Virus record (IMG/VR): IMGVR_UViG_3300042544_003795
Span: 106,054 to 170,053 of that record
Strand: one strand, 5' to 3'
Length of the DNA: 64,000 nucleotides
From: a virus
A model generated the notes under the pieces. The model was not told where the DNA came from. It did no database searches and was given only the letters and a program-made list of their open reading frames with translations. Positions 9,748 through 18,349 of this stretch are shown here, piece by piece. Position 1 is the stretch's first letter. Each line of letters begins with the position of its first letter. The position numbers and the translations under genes are program-made.

Positions 9748-10647
9748 TTATAATGATTTGTACCATTCAATAATCTCTTGTTTTTCCATATCTCCAAAAT
9801 CTTTTTTATAAGGAAGTTTTACAAAAATAGAATCACTGCTAAAGAATTTAGATAGTTTATATTTGATTCCCAATGCAGCTTCCATTCCTCTATTAGTTTC
9901 AGAATCTATATCATTGTTAGTCGCAATAATAATTTTATCTACATTGCTTTTTATCAGAGTAAGTATTACAGGCTTTGAAACACTTAATCCGAAAAGAACT
10001 AAAAAGTTTTTTATACCAGCCTCATAAAGAGAAAGAGCATCTCCAATACTTTCCACTAAAATTACACATCTTGAAGATTCGATATCAGAGTGTGTGAGTT
10101 TATAAGGGTAAACAAAATTAGCCTTTCTACCTAATATTTTCCATTTAGGCCTTTGAGAGTTAGTATATAAATCTCTCCCAGCAAGACCTATGATTTTTTC
10201 TCCTTGATAGATAGGGAAAACGAATCTGTTGTTAAGTTTCCCATAAGTTTTTACTCCTCCACCAAAATCTTTTACAGTTTGTTCTGAAATGCCTCTATTT
10301 TTATAAAATGTATACCAAGGCATTAAATCTTTTACGAAATCAGAATCAAAGAATTTATCTTGAACTATTTTAGTTTCCTCTTCTTCTTCCTGAGCATTAG
10401 CCGAACTATCGAAATACTCATCCCTTAAGAAGTTTTTAGCATCCTTTTCATTTATGTTCAAGGTTATCATGGCCAACTTTACAAGAGGACCCGATTGACC
10501 AGTAACGAAATCTGTAAACCATCCACTTTTAGTGTTCACACTTAAAGATGAACTAGCACTATTTCTATAAATAGCTTTCATTCTTAGATAATCAGATCCA
10601 GACTTCTCTGGCATATATCCCATTTTCTTGAGTAAATCTACGATCAT
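9748..10647 (-). CDS. DNA primase (TOPRIM, DnaG-like)
   Basis: RFVFPI, GLAGR, PKWK, LVESIGDALSL, ATNND, KDFGDM; the N-terminal zinc-binding domain appears to have lost its Cys ligands. Confidence 0.8.
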   Translation of the reverse strand: MIVDLLKKMGYMPEKSGSDYLRMKAIYRNSASSSLSVNTKSGWFTDFVTGQSGPLVKLAMITLNINEKDAKNFLRDEYFDSSANAQEEEEETKIVQDKFFDSDFVKDLMPWYTFYKNRGISEQTVKDFGGGVKTYGKLNNRFVFPIYQGEKIIGLAGRDLYTNSQRPKWKILGRKANFVYPYKLTHSDIESSRCVILVESIGDALSLYEAGIKNFLVLFGLSVSKPVILTLIKSNVDKIIIATNNDIDSETNRGMEAALGIKYKLSKFFSSDSIFVKLPYKKDFGDMEKQEIIEWYKSL

Positions 10648-12107
10648 ATGAAATCTCCTTTAGTGTATTTTTTATTATTTGCAACTTCTATTTGCCCTAA
10701 TCTTTTATTGAATACATCTTCTGCACTACCGCATTCACTAACCTTAAAGTTTTCGACTTTAAAATTAATATAATTTTCTACAAAAACATCTCCGTCTTGA
10801 GTAGATCTCTTTACATAGTTGTCTGCCCCCATAGCCTCTTCGCCTTGAACACGGGCTCGAACTTCGATAAGTTTATGAGTTCCGAATTCTTTGCCTCCTT
10901 CTCCAATCTCCTCTGGGCTTTTCTTCTCTAGTCTATACATGTTGGAACAATGCCATTCGATCTGAGAAGACATTGCTGTGCCTCCGCTACGATTAGTCTG
11001 AACGGCTGTCAATCCTGCGGTTCTAGGTAATAAAGACACGAGCTTTTTTAGTTTATCAGTCTTTTGACCAAGAAGCTCATATCCCTCGAATGCATTAGTA
11101 ATATTTTCTTGAGTAGATTTCAGATAATCATAAATAAGTAATACATTCTCCCCATTTTTGACATTTTGAACATACCATCTTTTAGCAATTGATATTACTT
11201 CATCAATAGATTTGTTAGCAACATATTTATGGTGAACTCTCCCCTTGTATTTCTCTAGAGAATTTAAAGCTGCATATACTTTATTTTTATCAATTGGATT
11301 ATTTAAGAATTTGCCAGTTTTAATTTTGTATTCATTGACACCCGAAATAGCAGAAAGATTTCTAGCAATAATACGATCTGTTTCAAGTTCTGTATCCAAA
11401 ACCAATGCTAAACAATTATTCTCTTCTAGACCAGCTACTTCATAAGCTAGAAAGTTTACGAAAGTACTCTTGCCAACCTTTGGCCCAGCGGCAATAACAA
11501 ACAAGTCACCGAAGCTAGGACCTCCATACATTTTTGTAAAAATTGGAAATGGGGTTTTGAGACATACTGGCCTTGGATTATTAGCCCAGTCTAGAACGGT
11601 CTCCTGCATCGTAGAAAAAACATCAATAGGCTTTTCCTCATCAGCTACGTTTTCTGTGCCTGCACTCTTTAATGTGTTCTCAATAACATTGGCAAGCTCT
11701 GGCAAAGATTTATCAATATTACTCCTGATTTCATTCTTACCTTCTTCTAAAGATTTATCTGCTTTTCTAGCAAAATCATATTTAATTACGTTACTAATAA
11801 AGCTAGGAAGAGACTGCTCTCTGATTTGCATCTGAGACAAACAATCAAGATAATCTATAATGTTTAAATCTTCAAATAGCTTTAGACCAATAGACGTTAG
11901 CTTTTCAGAGACAAGCAATTTATCAACAGTAGCATTCTGATTGTAAACAGCCAAGATAGCTGAAAAAATGGCTGAGTGAACTTTGTTATCAAAATGAGTG
12001 GCTTTTAAAATAGAACCGTAATCGGCTACATTGTCTGGCCACTTTATAAAGCCAGCTAGACATGCACGTTCTTGTTCTTGAGGAGTTGAAATTCTGCTAT
12101 GATTCAT
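10644..12107 (-). CDS. dnaB: Replicative DnaB-like helicase
   Basis: N-terminal ERACLAG domain, Walker A AGPKVGKS, LDTEL, IYDYLK, AVQTNR. Confidence 0.85.
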   Translation of the reverse strand: MNHSRISTPQEQERACLAGFIKWPDNVADYGSILKATHFDNKVHSAIFSAILAVYNQNATVDKLLVSEKLTSIGLKLFEDLNIIDYLDCLSQMQIREQSLPSFISNVIKYDFARKADKSLEEGKNEIRSNIDKSLPELANVIENTLKSAGTENVADEEKPIDVFSTMQETVLDWANNPRPVCLKTPFPIFTKMYGGPSFGDLFVIAAGPKVGKSTFVNFLAYEVAGLEENNCLALVLDTELETDRIIARNLSAISGVNEYKIKTGKFLNNPIDKNKVYAALNSLEKYKGRVHHKYVANKSIDEVISIAKRWYVQNVKNGENVLLIYDYLKSTQENITNAFEGYELLGQKTDKLKKLVSLLPRTAGLTAVQTNRSGGTAMSSQIEWHCSNMYRLEKKSPEEIGEGGKEFGTHKLIEVRARVQGEEAMGADNYVKRSTQDGDVFVENYINFKVENFKVSECGSAEDVFNKRLGQIEVANNKKYTKGDFI

Positions 12108-12649
12108 TTAAATAGAAAATCTTTTAGAGATTTAGGTTTTTTCACTGATAGTTCTAAGTCTAACTGTACATCTTGAACAAACATATCTTCCGATTTTTCT
12201 TGTTTTTGTTCTTGTTTTATTTCTATACTAGGTAAATACGCTCTAATATATTTTCGACCTTCTTCACATAGATAGAAAAGAAGAGTAGAAGCTTTTTTGT
12301 TTGGAACTACAGAGAGAAGAGTTTTTAAATCAAACAAAGCTAAAAGCTTATTTGCCGCCAGCATTTCCTTAGGCCAAAAAATATTATCTCTTTTTCCAAG
12401 GAAATGGAAGATAAGCATTCTTGCCTCTTTAGGATTAGAAATTTTCTTTTCCTTTGGTTTAAGTTTTAAAATCAAACCAAATTTTCCATGCAAATATTCT
12501 CTGATTTCCATGACCCCTTTTGACCCCATGCCCTCTAGAGACTTAATATCTTCTAAAAATTTACCATTGAAATCAACTTCAGAAAGGAAACCGTTTTGCA
12601 ATAATACATTTTTTGTCCTATTAGAAATAGGGAATTCAGAAACAAGCAT
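12104..12649 (-). CDS. Protein with N-terminal RNA polymerase alpha-CTD-like domain
   Basis: VSEFPISNRTKNVLLQNG...LEGMGSKGVMEIREYL aligns by eye to alpha-CTD (LELSVRSYNCLKRAG...IRNLGRKSLEEI). Confidence 0.65.
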   Translation of the reverse strand: MLVSEFPISNRTKNVLLQNGFLSEVDFNGKFLEDIKSLEGMGSKGVMEIREYLHGKFGLILKLKPKEKKISNPKEARMLIFHFLGKRDNIFWPKEMLAANKLLALFDLKTLLSVVPNKKASTLLFYLCEEGRKYIRAYLPSIEIKQEQKQEKSEDMFVQDVQLDLELSVKKPKSLKDFLFK

Positions 12650-12651
12650 AA

Positions 12652-13068
12652 TTATTTAATAATATGAGAACCAAAAACACTCTCTATCCATTTTTCTTTT
12701 AAGGGCATATTCTTTTCATAGATTTCGATTACTTCAAATCCATTCTTTTCAAGAAGATGCTCTTTCAGAACATCTCTATAAACCTGTTTCTCAAAATCTT
12801 CAACTGAATTTTGAAAATAAGGAGTATATTCTACATGAAATAATCCGTTTACTTCTACAGCTATTTTTCTTGAGAAATTCATCAGATCAACTCTCAAGCG
12901 AGTCTGAGGCAACAGGACCTCCTCTCCAACCACATCATCCTTCCAATATTTTTTAAAGAATTGTTTTACATTAAACTGGAAAAAACTAAGACTATCGCCA
13001 TTCCATTTTATTGCATATTTTTTCTCAGATAATGGTCGGATATTATCCTTTGCCGTTATCCATTTCAT
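12652..13068 (-). CDS. Vsr/DUF559-like PD-(D/E)XK endonuclease
   Basis: EE...RLRVDL...IAVEVNGLFH...RDVLKE...NGFEVIEI. Confidence 0.65.
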   Translation of the reverse strand: MKWITAKDNIRPLSEKKYAIKWNGDSLSFFQFNVKQFFKKYWKDDVVGEEVLLPQTRLRVDLMNFSRKIAVEVNGLFHVEYTPYFQNSVEDFEKQVYRDVLKEHLLEKNGFEVIEIYEKNMPLKEKWIESVFGSHIIK

Positions 13069-13075
13069 TTAAAAA

Positions 13076-13363
13076 TTATAGAGATAATTTTTGGATTTCC
13101 GCAATTATAAGACTACAAGCCTGTACTAGATTGTCTTGAACAGATTCACTAGGAGAAAAATTTTTAAATGGCCAAAGTTCTTTAGCTTCTTTAAAATTAT
13201 TATCGCCAGAAGTTTGACCATGAGCAAAACCAACAAGAGTTAAAGCAGCCAATAGAAGCTGACCATTTTTATATTGTAGATCATGATCTACAGTATAGCC
13301 TTTTTCGATCTGCTTTTCTCTTTGAGCCTTAATTGAATCTAGTATTTCTTGAATGTCTTTCAT
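13076..13363 (-). CDS. Conserved phage hypothetical protein
   Basis: QREKQIEKGYTVDHD...LLLAA...WPF...NLVQACSLIIAEI, a pattern recurrent in phages. Confidence 0.55.
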   Translation of the reverse strand: MKDIQEILDSIKAQREKQIEKGYTVDHDLQYKNGQLLLAALTLVGFAHGQTSGDNNFKEAKELWPFKNFSPSESVQDNLVQACSLIIAEIQKLSL

Positions 13364-13366
13364 ATT

Positions 13367-13780
13367 TTATAAAGATATATTGTATTGCTTTAGAAAAAAA
13401 TCAAATGATAAATTATCAATGTTCTCATTAAAAAGTTCTACTAATGTAATATTATTTCTAATGCACCATTCTCTTTTGATATCGTCACTTTTAACTTTGT
13501 TTAAGAAATTTTGTCGATTCTTATGCAACCATGGATTAAAATTTACATGGTATTCGTCGGGACTAACTTCTATAGCTATTTTTTTAGAGAAATTGAAAAG
13601 ATCAATTCTGAATTTGCTGCCCGGAATAACAAACTCTTCTTTGACTACATCATTTTTCCAGAATGGGTAAAGGAAATTTTTTACTTTAAACTGGGGAATA
13701 GAAATTTTCTTATCCCAATCTATACAAGATTTAGCAACAACATTTACTTTTGTATTGCCTCTTAATTTCGTTAATTCCAT
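13367..13780 (-). CDS. Vsr/DUF559-like endonuclease, paralog of 12652..13068
   Basis: QFKVKNFLYPFWKNDVVKEE...FRIDLFNFSKKIAIEV. Confidence 0.65.
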   Translation of the reverse strand: MELTKLRGNTKVNVVAKSCIDWDKKISIPQFKVKNFLYPFWKNDVVKEEFVIPGSKFRIDLFNFSKKIAIEVSPDEYHVNFNPWLHKNRQNFLNKVKSDDIKREWCIRNNITLVELFNENIDNLSFDFFLKQYNISL

Positions 13781-14919
13781 TAAGCTATAATCTCATTAAC
13801 CTTTCTAAGAAGCCATTCGAAAACATTTCGATTGCTTTCTATATAATCATAAAGAGAAGACATTCCTTGATGCTGTATTTGTATTTCTACCCCATCATCT
13901 TTAGCCATTGAAACAATACTTTCAGAAAAAGAATACCAAGCTCCTTTTTTGGTAACGAGTTCAAAGGATATAATCATATCCACTACTTCTTTCTCAACCC
14001 AAATAGCACAACCACTTCTTCCCTTTTTAATAGGGATTTTTACTTTAGATCCGGTTACATCTGTAGATGACTTTTTGATTTCAATAGTAGCATAAACTCC
14101 AAGAACTTTATTCTTTACAGGATCTGGTTTCTCATTAGGTTTTTCAAGAATGTAATCTCCACCATAACGAGGCTGATAGGAAAGGGTAATATCACTTTGG
14201 TGATTGATTGCTGATCCTCCTGCCCCATCACTTTGCCTTGGAGGAGTCTTACTATAAGGATCGAGTTTGATCTCAGCTGTGTACTGACTTGTAATCAAAA
14301 ACAAAGCATCAAAGTGAACTACCTTCAAAGCCAATCTTTTAAATAAAATTTTTGTAAGAAGAGGAACCCCAGCTACTTTAACATTCTCATCTCCATTCCA
14401 TAGATTCTTCTCTTTATCTGATTTAAGGATCACACCATCTAGAGAGTCAAGAATAATACATAGTTTCTCTCCTGCCTCATGCATTTTAGGTAGAATGCTT
14501 TCAATTAAAGATGCTATAGTTTCAAAAACATTACAACTAAAAACAAAAACAGTACCGTATTCCCAATTACTTGGATCAGTAACAAATTTCATTCCTGTTC
14601 TTTTCTGCATTTCAGGGGTTAAGCGAGCTTCAGCTTTAATAAAAATGGTTTTAGATTTTTCAATCTTATCCATATAATTTTGAGAGAAAACAAAACATTG
14701 TGAAGTTTTACCTAACTCACTCCCCTTACCACAAACTCTGACAAAGGAGCCAGAGCGCACCTTAATTAAGGTATCTAGGCCTAAAGATCCAGAAGAAATC
14801 GTTACCTCCTCAGGTTGAAGGTAATTAAAATGATTTTCCTCATTGTTCTTCAAAAATGAATTAAGCATATCTTTTGAATCTGCTTCATTTGAGGAGTCTT
14901 CTTTCTTTTTAGATGCCAT
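13780..14919 (-). CDS. RecA/UvsX-like recombinase
   Basis: ISSGSLGLD, variant Walker A GKGSELGKT, IILDSLD, ITSQ, GGSAINH, KKGAWYSF. Confidence 0.85.
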   Translation of the reverse strand: MASKKKEDSSNEADSKDMLNSFLKNNEENHFNYLQPEEVTISSGSLGLDTLIKVRSGSFVRVCGKGSELGKTSQCFVFSQNYMDKIEKSKTIFIKAEARLTPEMQKRTGMKFVTDPSNWEYGTVFVFSCNVFETIASLIESILPKMHEAGEKLCIILDSLDGVILKSDKEKNLWNGDENVKVAGVPLLTKILFKRLALKVVHFDALFLITSQYTAEIKLDPYSKTPPRQSDGAGGSAINHQSDITLSYQPRYGGDYILEKPNEKPDPVKNKVLGVYATIEIKKSSTDVTGSKVKIPIKKGRSGCAIWVEKEVVDMIISFELVTKKGAWYSFSESIVSMAKDDGVEIQIQHQGMSSLYDYIESNRNVFEWLLRKVNEIIA

Positions 14920-14934
14920 ATTATTATAATTTTT

Positions 14935-15126
14935 CTATTCTACTTGCTCTAATCCCTGAGTTTTCGAAGAATACAACTCGCAAGAGTTACAAACTTCATC
15001 TGTTAGACCGTGGATTCCACGTTCTAAACAATAATAACCAACAGATCTTTTGGATGAGCAGCATGAAGGGCCATACTCTGCAACTGTATCTGATCTGAAT
15101 TTACATGTTTCCATTTTATTTTCCAT
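14935..15126 (-). CDS. Small Cys-rich protein
   Basis: 63 aa with 6 Cys including CC and CxxC; preceded by the GTGTA motif. Confidence 0.5.
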   Translation of the reverse strand: MENKMETCKFRSDTVAEYGPSCCSSKRSVGYYCLERGIHGLTDEVCNSCELYSSKTQGLEQVE

Positions 15127-15145
15127 AGATAAAAGAATACACTTT

Positions 15146-15180
15146 AAAAAATAATCCCGCGCCTAATTAAAGGCGCGGGA
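15146..15180 (-). terminator. Intrinsic terminator
   Basis: Perfect 10-bp GC-rich stem TCCCGCGCCT/AGGCGCGGGA followed on the minus strand by TTATTTTTT. Confidence 0.8.
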
Positions 15181-15194
15181 GAAACATCAATCTA

Positions 15195-15443
15195 CTAAAC
15201 AATAGATGTTTTTGCAACTTTCAGAACTTCTCCATTATTAACATTTATGAATGTAACATAATTATTAGAGATGCTCAAGATCTTTGCGCAGAACTTTTGT
15301 TGCCCTTTCTTTGATCGAGTATGAAGAGTTATAAATCGACCTCGATGATTTGCGTAAGGATGGTCCGCAGGAGTTTGAGCTTCGATCTTTACTTTTTCAG
15401 TTTTTATTTTATTTTGCTTATTCATATAGAGATATTGTGTCAA
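15195..15443 (-). CDS. Hypothetical protein
   Basis: ORF track; the start may be the downstream ATG near 15425. Confidence 0.5.
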   Translation of the reverse strand: MTQYLYMNKQNKIKTEKVKIEAQTPADHPYANHRGRFITLHTRSKKGQQKFCAKILSISNNYVTFINVNNGEVLKVAKTSIV

Positions 15444-15603
15444 ACAAACATATTTTTGTATGCTTTATAATTAAAGCTTTTAGTCTATCTGACTGCTCTT
15501 TTGTTAAGAGCTCTTCTTTAGTGTAATCTATTATAGATTGCAATGCAATTTCATTTGCGATTGCTTTCACATCTGACTCTAGCACATTCATATTATTTGT
15601 CAA
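15418..15603 (-). CDS. Hypothetical protein
   Basis: ORF track, fills the gap after thyX. Confidence 0.45.
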   Translation of the reverse strand: MTNNMNVLESDVKAIANEIALQSIIDYTKEELLTKEQSDRLKALIIKHTKICLFDTISLYE

Positions 15604-15612
15604 TTAAAATTT

Positions 15613-16248
15613 TTAAAGATTGAAAGATTTTAGAGAAAATTCAAAGGGATTACCTTCGATACTCTTTACTAAGTTTAACATTTTAAGAGCTATGATTCGA
15701 GTTTCTTCTTGAGTGTCAGGCTTTAGTCTTAAATTCCAAAAATTAAGAAAAGAAAGTAACGATCCTGTCCAGATAAATTGAGTTTCTAGACACAAAGGTA
15801 AAATTGCTCTAGCTTGTTCCTTAGCAACTCCGGCCTCACAAAGTTCCTTATAAAGTAAAGAGGATTGCTTGACAAAGTTAGAAATTTTTTCTAATAATTC
15901 TGGGTTATCAATTTCACCTTCACTGCCCTGTTTAGATGACTTAGACTGTTTTCTCAGTTTCTCTATTGTAAAATAATTATCACTGAAATCAACATATCTA
16001 CCACTTATACTATTTGCAGACATTCCAACCTGATGTTTGAAAAGCTGTCTCTCTACAAAAATAGGACACTCTATTCTAAATTGTAATTGAGGATGTCTGA
16101 AAGGAGCGACATGTTTATGTTCAACAAGAAAATTTATTAGTTTTCCATCTTTTTCATCAAAGACATTTTTATATTTTCCATAGCTAACTCTAGCAGCATT
16201 GGCGATCATTAGGTCGTTTCCAAAATAATTTAATAATTCAGCTTTCAT
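15613..16248 (-). CDS. thyX: FAD-dependent thymidylate synthase
   Basis: AARVSY, H.APF, RQLFKHQVGMSANSISGRY (ThyX motif), EQARAILP, LRL...TQEE. Confidence 0.92.
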   Translation of the reverse strand: MKAELLNYFGNDLMIANAARVSYGKYKNVFDEKDGKLINFLVEHKHVAPFRHPQLQFRIECPIFVERQLFKHQVGMSANSISGRYVDFSDNYFTIEKLRKQSKSSKQGSEGEIDNPELLEKISNFVKQSSLLYKELCEAGVAKEQARAILPLCLETQFIWTGSLLSFLNFWNLRLKPDTQEETRIIALKMLNLVKSIEGNPFEFSLKSFNL

Positions 16249-16675
16249 TTTGTAAATTTATTTTTTTTCTGTTTTCTATATGAGATAAGATTATATCTTC
16301 TTTTGATTTTCCAAAATATTCGACTCCATGGAAGTTTTTAATTATTTCTACATTAAGACATTTGTTTGCAGAGGTATCAAAAACATAAGCTAATATCCTA
16401 CCAAATTTTTCTTTACCTTCTAATGACACATTATGTATATGAGTCTTAATCACAACTTCATTTTTATTATTTTTAAAAAATGTTTCTGCAAATTTTTTAC
16501 TTAACTCTCCGAACTTCTTTTCTTCGGAATCTTTAGTTTTTATCTCAGGGGTATCTACCCCCATTAATCTTATAAATTTCTCCTTTAAGGAAAAACCGAA
16601 TCCAAGATCAATGTCAGCTAAAAAAGTATCTCCATCATAGACTCTTAAGACTTTAGCTTTATATTCGTAAGGCAT
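16238..16675 (-). CDS. Staphylococcal nuclease (SNase/thermonuclease) homolog
   Basis: RVYDGDT, IRLMGVDTPE, KFGRILA. Confidence 0.88.
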   Translation of the reverse strand: MPYEYKAKVLRVYDGDTFLADIDLGFGFSLKEKFIRLMGVDTPEIKTKDSEEKKFGELSKKFAETFFKNNKNEVVIKTHIHNVSLEGKEKFGRILAYVFDTSANKCLNVEIIKNFHGVEYFGKSKEDIILSHIENRKKINLQNES

Positions 16676-17131
16676 TTAATTATTTTTTTTTATTTGACTT
16701 TCTAAAATAGGAGAAAGATTAGCAGGACTGTAATTTGGACCCTTTTGCCATTTACCATCCTCTCTACGAAATCCATTTGTAATTTTGGAATCATTAGATC
16801 TGCACACTTCATTCTCAAATGGCTCAATGTCAAGTCCATAAGAACATGCCGCTCCTATAGAAACATAGTTAATATCGGCTAGAGCATCAGCCACTTCTAT
16901 TAAATTGACTTCTCCTTCTATATCGTAATTAAAATCATCAATACTTATAGATTCTTCTTTATCTGACAAAGAAACTTTAACACCGCTTGCTTCAGCTAGT
17001 TCCAAAACTTCTTCTAAAAGAAGACTTATCCTTAGAACTCTAGTTAAATTGTCAGGTATAGAAGGAGAATCTGGGCAGTTTTGCCCAATAGCTTTCATAA
17101 AATTTAATACGCTTTTTTGGAAATTCGTCAT
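16676..17131 (-). CDS. MazG-like/PRA-PH all-alpha NTP pyrophosphohydrolase
   Basis: LLLEEVLEL, EVADALADINYV, EVCRSNDSK, DGKWQKGPNY. Confidence 0.8.
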   Translation of the reverse strand: MTNFQKSVLNFMKAIGQNCPDSPSIPDNLTRVLRISLLLEEVLELAEASGVKVSLSDKEESISIDDFNYDIEGEVNLIEVADALADINYVSIGAACSYGLDIEPFENEVCRSNDSKITNGFRREDGKWQKGPNYSPANLSPILESQIKKNN

Positions 17132-17165
17132 AACAACGAAAATACTATAACATATTTTAAAAAAG

Positions 17166-18338
17166 TCAAGCTTTTTCTACTGATAGCTTTTCGATGTCAG
17201 ACTTTAACATTTTATTCACAAGCTGATCAAAGTTACATTTTGGAAACCAACCCAAATCTTTTCTAGCTAATGAGCTGTCTCCTAATAAAGTTTCTACTTC
17301 AGCTGGTCTATAAAACTTTTTATTGATAATTACTAAAGTTTTTTTAATGCCATTTATACAAGCTACTAATTTTTCATCTTCAGGATTATTTGTTTCATTT
17401 TCCCATGAGCAATCTAATTTAATATAATTGAAAGATTTTTCTACAAACTCTCTAATAGAATGTGTTTCATTAGAAGAGAAAACATATTCATTGGGAATAC
17501 CTGAATAATCTTTATTATAAATATCTTGATTTAACATTCTCCATACCCCATCCATGAAATCTTCAGCATCGCTCCAGTCTCTTTTGGCATCTATATTTCC
17601 TAATTCTAAAGGAGAAAAGTCTAAAGAGTTATCTATACAATATTTTATAGAAGAAACTTTTTTAGATATTTTTCTAGTGACAAATTCTTCACCTCTTCTC
17701 GTTCCTTCATGATTAAATAGCCAGCCTTGAATAGCATAAAGATTATAAGATTCTCTATAAACTTTTACAAGCTGTCTAGAAGCTGCCTTACTTGCTCCGT
17801 AAGGACTTCTAGGGCGTAAGGGATGAACCTCATCTTGAGGAAAATATAAAACATTACCGAATTCTTCAGAAGATCCAGCTTGATATAAACGACAAGTAGG
17901 TTTATATAATCTGATAGCTTCCAATATATCAAGAACAGCTGTAGAATTAGTCTGCCATGTTTGCCTAGCAAAATCCCAACTACTAGCAACAAAACTTTGA
18001 GCAGCAAAATTGATAAAATAATCAGGAAGTAGTTTTTCTACAATCCTAGAAATAGCATGAGGATCAGTCAAATCAAAATTAATGAGATGAAATCTATCTG
18101 ATTTTACATGTTTAATATTTTCATGATTATAAACACTTAATCTTCTCACTCCTCCAAAAATTAAAAAATCTGTATTGTCAAGTAAATAGTCAACCATATG
18201 ACTTCCATCTTGACCAGTAACGCCTGTTATTATTACACAGGGCTTACCATTGCGTATATTAACAGCTTCATCTATATTTAATATATTAGATGTGTCTATC
18301 TTTTTGCCATAATAAGTTTCTTGTAAATTCTCACTCAT
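17166..18338 (-). CDS. gmd: GDP-mannose 4,6-dehydratase
   Basis: ITGVTGQDGS, AAQSFV, YQAGSSEEFG, PRSPYGASK, LFNHE, RGEEFVTRKI, LGNIDAKRDW, RPAEV; start placed at MSENLQ. Confidence 0.92.
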   Translation of the reverse strand: MSENLQETYYGKKIDTSNILNIDEAVNIRNGKPCVIITGVTGQDGSHMVDYLLDNTDFLIFGGVRRLSVYNHENIKHVKSDRFHLINFDLTDPHAISRIVEKLLPDYFINFAAQSFVASSWDFARQTWQTNSTAVLDILEAIRLYKPTCRLYQAGSSEEFGNVLYFPQDEVHPLRPRSPYGASKAASRQLVKVYRESYNLYAIQGWLFNHEGTRRGEEFVTRKISKKVSSIKYCIDNSLDFSPLELGNIDAKRDWSDAEDFMDGVWRMLNQDIYNKDYSGIPNEYVFSSNETHSIREFVEKSFNYIKLDCSWENETNNPEDEKLVACINGIKKTLVIINKKFYRPAEVETLLGDSSLARKDLGWFPKCNFDQLVNKMLKSDIEKLSVEKA

Positions 18339-18349
18339 TTTAATAAATT

